Positions 28,345 to 38,501 of a stretch of 64,000 nt of DNA are shown in pieces. The translations under genes were made by a program, and so were the position numbers. The notes under the pieces were generated by a model, which was not told the DNA's origin, did no database searches, and worked only from the letters and a program-made list of their open reading frames with translations. The stretch is taken from the sequence record DRR723986_4137. The stretch is one strand, 5' to 3'. Each line of letters begins with the position of its first letter. Within the stretch, counting starts at the first letter, position 1.

Positions 28345-30780
28345 ATGCCAGACTTGACTCTTGACCAAACAACAATGAATGGCAATGTCAGCCCCACAGC
28401 GGCCCAAGAAGAGGGATCTTCTGGTGGATTTGATCTAATACAAGTTCTATGGCGGTGGAAATGGCTTCCGATTCTCGGCGCGATTGTCGGCGGATGCATT
28501 GGTTTCCTTATTTTCTCACGTCAGTCTAAGACGTTCATCGCTCAGGCTCTGGTTCAGATCGATGACAGTGTCCAGCTAGTTCAAAATCCGATTTACGACC
28601 CTCAACAGGGGATTACACGGGACGATGAAACGCTGGTTATCCGTAGTCAGGCGGTTTTAACACGCGCCGTCAAGCTTGGAAGACTGACCGAACAAACTGC
28701 TTTCCAAGGACTTGAAGCAGAGGAGATCGTCGCCGTATTGAAGAGTGAGGATTCACCACTCGTTATCGAGCCTGCAGCCAAGAACGATAAAACGACTTTG
28801 ATTCGGATTGCTTATGTTGCGGAGGATCCCGACGCGGCGGCGAAGGTGGTTGTCGCGATCGTGGACGGCTATGAGTCTTATCTCTTGGATCAATTCAAAT
28901 CGGTAGGTGCCGAAGTCTCATCGATTATCGAAAAGGCTCACGGCGAACTAACATCCCGAGTAAATGAAATCTCGGCGGCAAGTAAGCAGTTTAAGGATGC
29001 AAACCCAGACATTGTATTTGTGGGAGATGAAGCGAACGACCCGTACCATCAGACGTTCCTGTCATTGCACGAAGACCTGAATGCGCTCAGGACACAGCTC
29101 TCAAAGCTTCAATCTGTGTCTTCAAAAGCGAAGGAGCTGATGGCAGGTGGAAGCTCTCCAGACGCAATTTTCAGCCTCCTGGCCCTATCCGGTGCATCAA
29201 CAGGCGTGCCGATACCAATGATGCAGGGTGGGCAAGCAGATGAACGTCCTGGAGTTGATTTTCGCACTGACACGCAATCGAAGCGGCTGGAGCAGCAACG
29301 GCTCTTCGACTTGAGGATAAGACTTAAAGTCCTCACCGAGAAGTTCGGAGAAGAACACCCAAACGTCGCGACAGTACGTAAAGAAATTGAACTCGTTCAG
29401 CGTCAAGTAAACGAGTTGCGCGAAGCAGAGAAAATTCTCGAGGACGAGATACGCAAGATCGATGACGAACACGAGCAGAAGACGGGGCAGCGAATGCGTA
29501 CTGTCACAGAACTTCTCGATGCACAGATGCAGGCTCTAGATAGCCAAATAGCTGCCCTCCAGCTTGAAGAGAAGAACTTGTCAGAGCGGGCTGAGAAGCA
29601 AAAGCGCATGTCTCGCGAATTGCAAGGAATGTTGGATGGTTACAGAATTCTGAGAACCGATCGTGAAGCTGTTGCAACGCTCCTCGGAGCTTACACTAAA
29701 CAGCTTCAGGAGATTGACCTGATGCCAAAATCTGGTCAGCGTACGTTGCGAAGATTGGATATGCCGCGGGCAGGTTCCCCCTACGGTCCGTTGATCGTTC
29801 CGTTTCTCTTGGGTGGTGCCGCCTTTGGGGTTGTTCTCCTTTCCGGCCTTGCAATCCTGATGGATCTTGCCGACCGCAGCTACCGAAATCCGTCCGAGAT
29901 TTCTTCTGACTTAGGTGTTCAGGTCTTGGGTCACATTCCTGTTATGAATACTGCCAAGGTCAAACCGCTAATTGACTCGGTTGACCCCGCGATCTGCGCG
30001 ATTCACCACAGCAAGGGACGTGTTGCTGAGGCATACAGATCAGTCCGAACATCCTTGTACTTCAGTAACAAGGGTAAAGAGCTGAAAGTTCTGCAGGTGA
30101 CGAGTCCTGTGCCTGGCGATGGGAAATCGACACTTTCAGCTAATATCGCTGTTACCATGGCCCAATCTGGGCGTCGTGTGCTTCTGATTGACGCTGACTT
30201 GCGTCGGCCTCGAGTTGCCAAGATTTTCGGAATTGAAACAGAAATTGGCGTAGCAGCAGTTATCAGTGGAAAGACGGAAATTGATGATGCGATTTGCACT
30301 GGTCCAGTTGCAAACCTGTCCATTCTTCCTGGTGGAAAGCGGCCCCCAAATCCTGCAGAGATCTTGTCCAGCGATCGATTCCGCAACATGATTGAGTTGC
30401 TGAAAGATAAATTTGACATGATCGTTATCGACACGCCGCCACTTTTGGCAGTGAGTGACCCCGGTGCAGTAGCCGGTATCGTCGATGGTGTGCTGGTCAC
30501 GATGCGTTTGCGTCGGAATGTTAAGCCGCTCGCAACACGTGCTAAGGACATCTTGGATAGTGTTGGGGCAAACCTGCTCGGAGTCGTTATCAACGGGGTC
30601 TCGTCTGAGGCTGGATACGGTTACAACTACGACTACAACGATTACCGTTACGCTTACAAGTACGGCAGTAACTACAGAACGGGCTACGGTTACCGATACG
30701 GCTACGGCAACTACCGTTATGGCTATTCGAAGAGCTACGACGAGGACCTGGCTTCTGTAGAAGCAACTACGAAGAGCTAG
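28345..30780 (+). CDS. wzc: Polysaccharide co-polymerase / BY-kinase (Wzc)
   Basis: Two TM segments flanking a coiled coil. EAYRSVRT, Walker A GDGKST, IDADLRRP, Walker B IVIDTPP and a C-terminal Tyr cluster. Confidence 0.93.
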   Translation: MPDLTLDQTTMNGNVSPTAAQEEGSSGGFDLIQVLWRWKWLPILGAIVGGCIGFLIFSRQSKTFIAQALVQIDDSVQLVQNPIYDPQQGITRDDETLVIRSQAVLTRAVKLGRLTEQTAFQGLEAEEIVAVLKSEDSPLVIEPAAKNDKTTLIRIAYVAEDPDAAAKVVVAIVDGYESYLLDQFKSVGAEVSSIIEKAHGELTSRVNEISAASKQFKDANPDIVFVGDEANDPYHQTFLSLHEDLNALRTQLSKLQSVSSKAKELMAGGSSPDAIFSLLALSGASTGVPIPMMQGGQADERPGVDFRTDTQSKRLEQQRLFDLRIRLKVLTEKFGEEHPNVATVRKEIELVQRQVNELREAEKILEDEIRKIDDEHEQKTGQRMRTVTELLDAQMQALDSQIAALQLEEKNLSERAEKQKRMSRELQGMLDGYRILRTDREAVATLLGAYTKQLQEIDLMPKSGQRTLRRLDMPRAGSPYGPLIVPFLLGGAAFGVVLLSGLAILMDLADRSYRNPSEISSDLGVQVLGHIPVMNTAKVKPLIDSVDPAICAIHHSKGRVAEAYRSVRTSLYFSNKGKELKVLQVTSPVPGDGKSTLSANIAVTMAQSGRRVLLIDADLRRPRVAKIFGIETEIGVAAVISGKTEIDDAICTGPVANLSILPGGKRPPNPAEILSSDRFRNMIELLKDKFDMIVIDTPPLLAVSDPGAVAGIVDGVLVTMRLRRNVKPLATRAKDILDSVGANLLGVVINGVSSEAGYGYNYDYNDYRYAYKYGSNYRTGYGYRYGYGNYRYGYSKSYDEDLASVEATTKS

Positions 30781-30814
30781 CGGACTTGTTTCCGTAAACT
30801 AGCAAGACGACAAG

Positions 30815-30845
30815 AAGCACGCCTGCCATCAGGCGTGCTTTTTTT
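30815..30845 (+). terminator. Intrinsic terminator after wzc
   Basis: AAGCACGCCTG-ccat-CAGGCGTGCTT-TTTTT. Confidence 0.88.
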
Positions 30846-31242
30846 ATTTCCGCAAGTAGTCGCCAAGCGGAGTTGCGTTCGCAACATGCAAGTCAAAGCT
30901 TCGCAGCCATACCGCTCGCCAGGAAATCGAGGTAGGTGGTGCTTGTCTGGCTGTTAACTTGCCGTTACCAGCGATGCAACTATCACAACTGGTGCTGCCT
31001 CTACGTAGTCTCTAGTTCCACCAGCTTCTTCAGAATAGCTAGTCATTAGTTTTGACTAATCTAAGTGTCATGCAATGCTTAATCGTTGCGTGGTTTACCG
31101 CCATAGGTAGACTCTGACGACGCTTAGCAATTTAAAGTTTTCGTTGATATTTCAGGTGAAGTGTCACCCAAGGGGACGGAGTCCGCGCTGACCGCCTGCT
31201 TTAATCCCCCGCACCAGAACTCGACTGCTCAGTAGAGAAACA

Positions 31243-32523
31243 ATGCCGCAATTTGAGCTTTCAGAATCGAAAATCGCTGTCATCGGACTTGGTTACGTCG
31301 GACTTCCTCTCGCTGTTGAATTCGGCAAGAAGTACCAAACGATTGGCTTTGATATTAACCAGGACCGGATTGCAGAGTTGGCTTCTGGTAAAGACTCAAC
31401 CCTGGAGGTTGAGCCCGACGAGCTAACGTCAGCCGCCCACCTGAGTTTTTCTTCGAACACAGAAGACCTACGAGAGGCGAATGTTTACGTGGTCACTGTG
31501 CCGACGCCCGTTGATCAGCACAAAATGCCTGACCTGACGCCACTGAAGCGAGCAAGCGAAATGCTCGGTGGAGTGATTTCCGAAGGCGACGTGGTCATTT
31601 ACGAGTCGACCGTTTACCCCGGAGCGACGGAAGAAGACTGTATTCCGGTCGTTGAGCGGGTTTCTGGGCTCGAATTCAATAAAGATTTCTACGCGGGCTA
31701 TAGCCCTGAACGGATCAACCCGGGTGACAAAGAGCACCGATTGACCACGATCACCAAGGTTACATCTGGTTCGACTCCCGAAGTCGCTGATTTTGTTGAT
31801 AGCTTGTACGGATCCATCGTGACGGCTGGGACGCACAAGGCAAGTTCCATTCGAGTTGCTGAGGCAGCGAAGGTTATTGAAAATACCCAGCGTGATTTGA
31901 ACATCGCACTCGTCAACGAGTTGGCAATCATCTTCGGCAAGATGGGAATTGACACTATCGATGTCTTGGAAGCAGCAGGTACGAAATGGAATTTTCTTCC
32001 GTTTCGTCCTGGTCTAGTTGGCGGTCATTGTATCGGAGTCGACCCTTACTACCTCACACACAAAGCTCAGGCGATCGGCTACACGCCAGAAGTCATTCTC
32101 GCAGGCCGGCGAATCAACGATTCGATGGGCCAATATGTCGTCGCTCAGATCGTCAAGATGATGCTCAAGAAGCGTATCCACATTCAGGACGCGAACGTCT
32201 TGATCATGGGGCTGACGTTCAAAGAGAATTGCCCCGACTTGCGGAACACGCGTGTGGTCGACTTGGTGAGCGAATTCAAGGAGTACGGTGCCAACGTCGA
32301 TGTATACGATCCATGGGTTGATGCCGAAGAAGCAAAGCACGAGTATGGTATCGACGTCACCGATCCAGCACCGGGCAAGTATGACGCGGTGCTGATGGCC
32401 GTCGCCCATGAGCAGTTTCGCGACGCAGGCGTTGATCAGTTGCGAAAGTACGGAAGGCAACACTGTATTTTTTACGACATCAAAGCAGTCTTGGATCGCG
32501 ACCAAATCGATGGTCGCTTGTAG
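31243..32523 (+). CDS. tviB: UDP-N-acetyl-hexosamine 6-dehydrogenase (TviB/WbpO family)
   Basis: [44 protein letters not shown] and [10 protein letters not shown] motifs. Confidence 0.88.
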   Translation: MPQFELSESKIAVIGLGYVGLPLAVEFGKKYQTIGFDINQDRIAELASGKDSTLEVEPDELTSAAHLSFSSNTEDLREANVYVVTVPTPVDQHKMPDLTPLKRASEMLGGVISEGDVVIYESTVYPGATEEDCIPVVERVSGLEFNKDFYAGYSPERINPGDKEHRLTTITKVTSGSTPEVADFVDSLYGSIVTAGTHKASSIRVAEAAKVIENTQRDLNIALVNELAIIFGKMGIDTIDVLEAAGTKWNFLPFRPGLVGGHCIGVDPYYLTHKAQAIGYTPEVILAGRRINDSMGQYVVAQIVKMMLKKRIHIQDANVLIMGLTFKENCPDLRNTRVVDLVSEFKEYGANVDVYDPWVDAEEAKHEYGIDVTDPAPGKYDAVLMAVAHEQFRDAGVDQLRKYGRQHCIFYDIKAVLDRDQIDGRL

Positions 32524-32559
32524 TTCTTTGTCCATTGACATGCACAGCTTGAAAGCCAC

Positions 32560-33654
32560 GTGATGCAGTTTATCGATCTGAAAACACAGTACGAGAAATA
32601 TAAGGCAGAAATTGATTCGGCGATGACCGCCGTGCTGGAGCATGGTCGGTTCATCATGGGGCCTGAGATTGCCCAATGCGAATCAGCCTTGGCTGAATAC
32701 GCCGGTGTGAAGAATTGTGTAACGGTTTCGAGTGGAACGCATAGTCTGGAAATCGCGTTACGCGCACTCGGTGTTGGCCCGGGCGACGAAGTCGTGACGA
32801 CGCCGTTTACTTGGATAAGCAGTTCGGAAGTCATCAAGCTGGTCGGGGCCCGACCGGTCTTTGTCGACATCGATTCCACTTTCAATATTGATGTGGAAAA
32901 GATTGCGGCTGCCCTGACGCCTCAAACAAAGGCGATTCTGCCAATTTGTCTTTTCGGACAAATGCCGGACTTCGGACGCATTAATGAAATCGCGGGGGGA
33001 ATCCCGGTAATCGAAGATGCGGCGCAGAGCTTTGGCGCGACCCAGGGCGGTGTACGCAGTTGTGCGGTTTCAACCATTGGCTCCACAAGCTTCTTCCCAG
33101 CAAAGCCTCTAGGCTGTTTTGGTGATGGTGGTGCGTTGTTTACGAATGACGAAGACTTGGCAATGAAGATGCGGGCCGTGAGAACGCACGGTGGGACGAA
33201 ACGCCATCACCACACGCTTGTAGGTACAAATGGGCGGTTTGATACGCTCCAAGCGGCCGTCATCAATGCGAAGCTGCCGCACTTCCAAAACGAAGTTGAG
33301 GCACGAGGCCGCATCGGAGCTCGGTATTCGGAACTGCTGGCTGATTATTGTTCTGTGCCTTCAGTCGCGCCCGGCAATACGCATGTCTATGCCCAGTACA
33401 CAATCCGGGTGAAAGATCGTGAGGCGGTCGCGGCGAAGCTCAAAGAAGCTGGGATCCCAACCGCGATCTACTATCCCAAGTGTTTGCATGAGCAGCCCGT
33501 TTTCGAAGACCTTGGTTATTCGTGGGGAGACTTCCCCGAATCTGAGGCAGCATCGCGAGAAGTGCTCTCCCTTCCGATGCATCCCTTCTTAGATGAAGCT
33601 CAGCAAGATCAGATTGTTGAAGCTGTTCAAGCCGCAGTTGGCACGACGTGCTGA
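32560..33654 (+). CDS. DegT/DnrJ/EryC1/StrS aminotransferase (WbpE-like)
   Basis: MQFIDLKTQY, IEDAAQSFGA, SFFPAKPLGCFGDGG (PLP Lys) and VLSLPMHP motifs. Confidence 0.92.
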   Translation: MMQFIDLKTQYEKYKAEIDSAMTAVLEHGRFIMGPEIAQCESALAEYAGVKNCVTVSSGTHSLEIALRALGVGPGDEVVTTPFTWISSSEVIKLVGARPVFVDIDSTFNIDVEKIAAALTPQTKAILPICLFGQMPDFGRINEIAGGIPVIEDAAQSFGATQGGVRSCAVSTIGSTSFFPAKPLGCFGDGGALFTNDEDLAMKMRAVRTHGGTKRHHHTLVGTNGRFDTLQAAVINAKLPHFQNEVEARGRIGARYSELLADYCSVPSVAPGNTHVYAQYTIRVKDREAVAAKLKEAGIPTAIYYPKCLHEQPVFEDLGYSWGDFPESEAASREVLSLPMHPFLDEAQQDQIVEAVQAAVGTTC

Positions 33655-33695
33655 GATGAGCTTGTTTCCTGTTTGCCCACAAAGAAGTGCAATTG

Positions 33696-35372
33696 ATGAA
33701 TAAACGCGATCTCGCTTTAGTAGGTGTTGGCTATTGGGGAAAAAATCTAGCCAGGAATTTCAATGCTCTCGGAGCCCTGCATACCCTGTGTGATACGAGT
33801 GATGGTGCCTTAGCAGCTTACGGCGAAGACTATAGCGAATGCAAGAAATCTAAGTCCTTCGATGAAGTGCTTGCCGATTCCTCGATCTCAAAAGTTGCGT
33901 TGGCAACGCCAGCTCCCACACACTTCAAGCTTGCGAAGCTTGCGATCGAAGCTGGCAAAGATGTTTACGTTGAGAAGCCACTGTGCCTCGACGCTGCCGA
34001 AGGGCAGACGTTGATCGATCTTGCGAATGAGCATCGTCGAATTCTGATGGTTGGCCATTTGCTGCAGTATCATCCTTACATCGCAAAACTGAATGCGATG
34101 GTGAAGCAGGGTGAACTTGGGCGGCTACTTTACATCACGTCGAACCGACTCAACCTTGGGAAGATTCGGCAGGAAGAAAATTCTCTTTGGAGTTTTGCAC
34201 CTCACGACATTTCCGTGATCTTGGGATTGGCCGGAGCTAAACCGGAGTCAGTTGTCTGCCATGGTGATTCTTATCTGACCGAGGGGGTTGCTGACACTAC
34301 GATTACTCAGTTAGGTTTCTCCAGTGGTTTACGAGCTCATGTCTATGTTAGCTGGCTCAATCCTTTCAAAGAGCAAAAGCTCACTGTTGTGGGCTCGACC
34401 GGCATGGCGGTCTTCGATGATACTCTTCCGTGGGAAGAGAAGCTTGTTGTTTACCGTGACTATTTGAAGTGGACTGACGGCAATGTTCCGACGGCACAGA
34501 AAAACGCTGGTGAGCCGGTGGTTGTCGAACAGGCAGAGCCGCTGAAAGACGAATGCCAGCACTTCATTGACTCCTGCGTAAATCGAACAAAGCCACGCAC
34601 CGACGGCGCAGAAGGGCTGGCCGTGCTGCAGGTTTTGAATGCGGCACAAGAGAGCTTGGATTCAAACGGTGCTGCTGTTGCTCCCAAAGTTCAATCCACT
34701 GGCGCGTTGACTTACTACAGTCATCCGAGTGCGGTGGTAGATTCAGGAGCAAGCGTTGGTGCCGGTACCAAGATTTGGCATTTCTCACACGTTAGTTCAG
34801 ATGCTACGCTTGGTGAGAGCTGCAATCTTGGGCAGAACGTATTCATTGCCCCGGGCGTCAAGCTTGGCCGCAACGTCAAGATTCAGAACAACGTCTCAGT
34901 TTATACAGGCACTGAGATTGAGGATGATGTTTTCTTAGGGCCATCTTGTGTGCTAACGAACGTTTCGAATCCTCGGAGCGAGATTAATCGCAAGGGAATT
35001 TACGAAGAAACTCTGATCCGCAAAGGAGCAACGATTGGAGCCAATGCCACGATCGTCTGTGGTGTGACAATCGGCCGGTTTGCTTTCGTCGCTGCAGGTG
35101 CTGTAGTAACAAAGGACATTCCCGACTACGGCTTTGTTCGCGGCGTCCCCGCCAAGCAAGTTGGCTGGATGAGTCGACACGGCCACCCACTTGATTTTGG
35201 CGAGTCCGACGAAGCAAGGTGTCCAGAGTCGGGATACGCATACAGCAAAATAGATGGAAGCGTTCGGTGTGAGTCAATCACTACGGATGTTGATCTGCCG
35301 AGTGAGCTAGCGGTAGGTCGACACAGCTATTCAGAGATAAAGAATAAACCTTCCGGCTCGACAAGCGGATAG
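33696..35372 (+). CDS. Fusion of a Gfo/Idh/MocA oxidoreductase (WbpB-like) and a hexapeptide N-acetyltransferase (WbpD-like)
   Basis: N-terminal GVGYWGKN and VEKP. C-terminal GAGTKIWHFSH, CNLGQNV, VKIQNNVSVY, FLGPSCVLTNV.NPRS and GVPAKQVGWMS. Confidence 0.9.
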   Translation: MNKRDLALVGVGYWGKNLARNFNALGALHTLCDTSDGALAAYGEDYSECKKSKSFDEVLADSSISKVALATPAPTHFKLAKLAIEAGKDVYVEKPLCLDAAEGQTLIDLANEHRRILMVGHLLQYHPYIAKLNAMVKQGELGRLLYITSNRLNLGKIRQEENSLWSFAPHDISVILGLAGAKPESVVCHGDSYLTEGVADTTITQLGFSSGLRAHVYVSWLNPFKEQKLTVVGSTGMAVFDDTLPWEEKLVVYRDYLKWTDGNVPTAQKNAGEPVVVEQAEPLKDECQHFIDSCVNRTKPRTDGAEGLAVLQVLNAAQESLDSNGAAVAPKVQSTGALTYYSHPSAVVDSGASVGAGTKIWHFSHVSSDATLGESCNLGQNVFIAPGVKLGRNVKIQNNVSVYTGTEIEDDVFLGPSCVLTNVSNPRSEINRKGIYEETLIRKGATIGANATIVCGVTIGRFAFVAAGAVVTKDIPDYGFVRGVPAKQVGWMSRHGHPLDFGESDEARCPESGYAYSKIDGSVRCESITTDVDLPSELAVGRHSYSEIKNKPSGSTSG

Positions 35373-35382
35373 CTGCGAAGAC

Positions 35383-36627
35383 GTGAGCAGGTTTCTTAGG
35401 TTAGTTCGCTCTGACACATTCGTGCTGTTAGCTGGCAGAGTTATCAGTCTTTGTTTGGTCTTCGCATTGACGCGAGCAGCAGGAGTAGAGGCAACGGGAG
35501 TTTTCTCGCTAGCCACGTCCTTGACAGGAATCTTTGCGTATGTCCTTTCCCTTGGAGTGGCTACAAATTACCCTCATTTTGTGCACACGAAAGACTGGGA
35601 TGTCAACACTTTGCTTTCGTCCGCAGTCGTGTTAGTGGCCGCGGGGACTTTGCTGGGCTCGGTAGTTTGGTTTTGCTGCTCCGGCCTAATTGCCCATTGG
35701 TTTTTTCAGCACTGTATCGATTACTGGGCGGTCGCAATTCTATTTATCTGCGTTCCCGTTAGCCTAATTGAAAGCACCTGCTCCGGTGTCATACAAGCGT
35801 TGCAACATATGCGAATACTTGCATGGTGCCGAGCGTGCAGCCTCGGAGGCCCGGCTATCGGCGCACTCGTTGGTTACGTTGTAGATGGCCAGTTGAACTC
35901 TGTCGCCCTCGGAGTAGTTTTAGGAAAGTCTTGCTCGGGGCTTATGCACTTGCACTTCACAATCCGTATTGGGCAACCTTTTCAATTCAAGTTGCCATCT
36001 ACCCCAGAATTGACCGTTCTTCTTAAATACGGGCTGGCTGGACACATCGGTGGAATCGCATCGCTCGCAAACAACCGGTTGGATCGTCTGTTGGTAGGAG
36101 CCTTGGGGGGGCCCGCAGTAGTTGGGGCGTATGCAATCATCGCTCGTATCGCAGAGTTGAGTCGGTTAATTCCCAATGCAATAGAAACAACGCTGACGCC
36201 AGAGATTGCGAAGATCAAAAAAGCTGATGCTGTCAAATACACGTCATCCTTCGTGATTAGACTAGCACTGTGGCTACCTCCGATATCAATGTGCATATTC
36301 TTCATTGGTATCGTAGCAATGTGGGTTCTGAAGATTGACAACGCAGACTCTATTGATCTCGCTTTGCTTTGTCTGGCTAGTATGTTCGTCGGTATTGCAT
36401 CTCCGTTCATTGCGTGCAATGTCGCAACTGGAAGGCCGGGGAACAATTCACGCGCAGCACTGATTGGAATGTTTGCAACTATAGGCTTGGCACCATTCCT
36501 AATTCCCGCCTGGGGCATTCGAGGGGCCTGTGCTACTTCACTTGTCTCATACTCACTCTTTGCCCTGTTTCTTGCCACCAATACGCTGCAAGCTAGTTTC
36601 CGCGATTTAGAGAACGTGGTGCGGTAA
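35383..36627 (+). CDS. Wzx-like polysaccharide flippase
   Basis: About 12 hydrophobic segments. RLDRLLVG..G...VGAYAI and LIPAWGIRGA motifs. Confidence 0.8.
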   Translation: MSRFLRLVRSDTFVLLAGRVISLCLVFALTRAAGVEATGVFSLATSLTGIFAYVLSLGVATNYPHFVHTKDWDVNTLLSSAVVLVAAGTLLGSVVWFCCSGLIAHWFFQHCIDYWAVAILFICVPVSLIESTCSGVIQALQHMRILAWCRACSLGGPAIGALVGYVVDGQLNSVALGVVLGKSCSGLMHLHFTIRIGQPFQFKLPSTPELTVLLKYGLAGHIGGIASLANNRLDRLLVGALGGPAVVGAYAIIARIAELSRLIPNAIETTLTPEIAKIKKADAVKYTSSFVIRLALWLPPISMCIFFIGIVAMWVLKIDNADSIDLALLCLASMFVGIASPFIACNVATGRPGNNSRAALIGMFATIGLAPFLIPAWGIRGACATSLVSYSLFALFLATNTLQASFRDLENVVR

Positions 36628-36633
36628 GTCGAA

Positions 36634-37179
36634 ATGAAGAGACTACTGCTAATTCCTTTGCGCCCGATTGTTCGTGCGTTTTATCCACGGAAGTACCTGC
36701 AAGGCCGCTACTTTGATAAATCTTCTGGTGGATGGTACTGGGCAGTACGTGGTTTGGTCACGCAGAAGTTGCTGGGAATCAACCGCGCGGTACCCTGGCC
36801 ATGTGGCCCACGGGTTGTCGTTTCGTCACCAAGTAATCTTGAGTTCCATCCAGATGACCTAAACAATTTTCAAACGTTTGGGTGCTATTTTCAGTGTTGC
36901 CATGCAAAGATCGTTATCGGGAGAGGGACCTATATTGCCCCCAACGTTGGCATTATCACGGGCAACCATGATCCAAAGGACTTAGATCGTCATCTTTCGG
37001 GCAGACAAGTAACGATAGGTGAAGGATGTTGGATAGGAATGAATGCCGTTCTACTCCCCGGAGTGGAACTGGGGAACGCCACTATCGTGGGGGCAGGTGC
37101 TGTCGTAACGAAAAGTTTCACTAAGGGAAATTGCGTTGTTGCAGGAAACCCTGCAAAGGTGATCAAGGAACTAGGTTAA
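36634..37179 (+). CDS. Hexapeptide-repeat O-acyltransferase
   Basis: IGRGTYIAPNV, VTIGEGCWIG, VGAGAVVTKS and VAGNPAK motifs. Confidence 0.9.
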   Translation: MKRLLLIPLRPIVRAFYPRKYLQGRYFDKSSGGWYWAVRGLVTQKLLGINRAVPWPCGPRVVVSSPSNLEFHPDDLNNFQTFGCYFQCCHAKIVIGRGTYIAPNVGIITGNHDPKDLDRHLSGRQVTIGEGCWIGMNAVLLPGVELGNATIVGAGAVVTKSFTKGNCVVAGNPAKVIKELG

Positions 37180-37189
37180 GGTACGAACT

Positions 37190-38485
37190 ATGAAGTCCTC
37201 TGATCGTCTTGCGCAAATCTGTTTTCTTGGGTTCGTCCTCACATCATTCTGGACGCATACAATTGCACCATTCGGCACGCATCCGATTTTTGGCAGGATT
37301 GTATGGGCCGATTTATTTGGGCTCGGCACGGTTGCTTTCTTTCTGATTGGAAATTCATCCGAAATAGGGCAACTGGGCAAAGGCGTTATTTGGTTCTTGG
37401 TTTGTCTAATTCCTGGCGTGTGGGTGTCAATTCGACCTGTTGGGACCTTCCTTGAGATTGGGATTATCGCGTATTTGGCAATAATAAGCATCGCAGGCTC
37501 TTACACGATCCGGAATGCGACGGACCTGCGGTGGATTGTCCGTTGCGTTGCCATGGCTGCTTTGCTGGCAGCATTCTTCGGGGCCTACGAGAATACGGCT
37601 GGTTACACCGGGGCTGAGAGGTTGTTTGAGGATGACGTGCGTAACTATAAGGGAGCCACTTTCCGAAACAGCGGCCAAGCTGGAACTTACCTGATGATAT
37701 GTCTATCTCTGTTGGTTCCCATGCGATTCAGCAATATCAGCAGCGTCCTGACGCGATTTGACCGCATTCTGATTTCAATATCGATCGCGGTGAGCGTTGT
37801 CAATCTGGTGATGACGGTAAAGATTGCAGCGTTCATTGGGCTCGGCATTGGCGCAACTGGCTTCGCACTTCTAAAACGAAAAGTGGGCTTCATTATCCCC
37901 GTATTGTTCGCTGGCCTATTATTCATGACGCAAAGAGAATGGTTAGCTGACACATTTCCGACTTTGGCTGGAAGGATGGAGCACAAGGTGACAACGCGTC
38001 TTTCCACGGATTTGTTCAGGTCTCAAGGAGGTTTTCTGGATCGGAACTATTCTGCCGCGATGACAGCATTCTGGGACAACCCGTTGTTTGGCTCTGGTTT
38101 GTTCGGTTTTCATGGCCGATACGACAACTATGAAGTGCACAGTACTCCGTTGAAGTTGATTGGCGAGACTGGTCTGCTGGGATGCCTCGGATACTTCATC
38201 TTGATGAAGAGTTTTGGACGCCAGCTATATCGTTACAAGCGATTCCCTGTTAGTAATCCATATCAGCAGTATTTGGCGTACGCTATCCCCTTTGTCCTGG
38301 GGTGTTGTATTAGCTTCATCTACACGTGGCACTTGAGAAAACGCGAGTTCTGGATAATGGTCGCCGTATTAACGGCAGTCCTAAACTTGATGAGGTACTA
38401 CGCACAATGGAAGCAGGCTGAACTAGAGAAGCAAGCTGTTTCTCCAAAATCAAATGTGTCAAAAGTTGCGTTGTCTTCAAATTGA
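37190..38485 (+). CDS. Wzy polymerase / O-antigen ligase family protein
   Basis: Polytopic. ATFRNSG, NPLFGSG and EVHST.L...GETGLLG motifs. Confidence 0.75.
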   Translation: MKSSDRLAQICFLGFVLTSFWTHTIAPFGTHPIFGRIVWADLFGLGTVAFFLIGNSSEIGQLGKGVIWFLVCLIPGVWVSIRPVGTFLEIGIIAYLAIISIAGSYTIRNATDLRWIVRCVAMAALLAAFFGAYENTAGYTGAERLFEDDVRNYKGATFRNSGQAGTYLMICLSLLVPMRFSNISSVLTRFDRILISISIAVSVVNLVMTVKIAAFIGLGIGATGFALLKRKVGFIIPVLFAGLLFMTQREWLADTFPTLAGRMEHKVTTRLSTDLFRSQGGFLDRNYSAAMTAFWDNPLFGSGLFGFHGRYDNYEVHSTPLKLIGETGLLGCLGYFILMKSFGRQLYRYKRFPVSNPYQQYLAYAIPFVLGCCISFIYTWHLRKREFWIMVAVLTAVLNLMRYYAQWKQAELEKQAVSPKSNVSKVALSSN

Positions 38486-38501
38486 TTTTTTGCTTAGGTA
38501 G

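Noticed and set aside
30616-30738. TAC-rich quasi-repeat as a possible tandem repeat or array
   Set aside because: Explained by the Tyr codons of the Wzc tail
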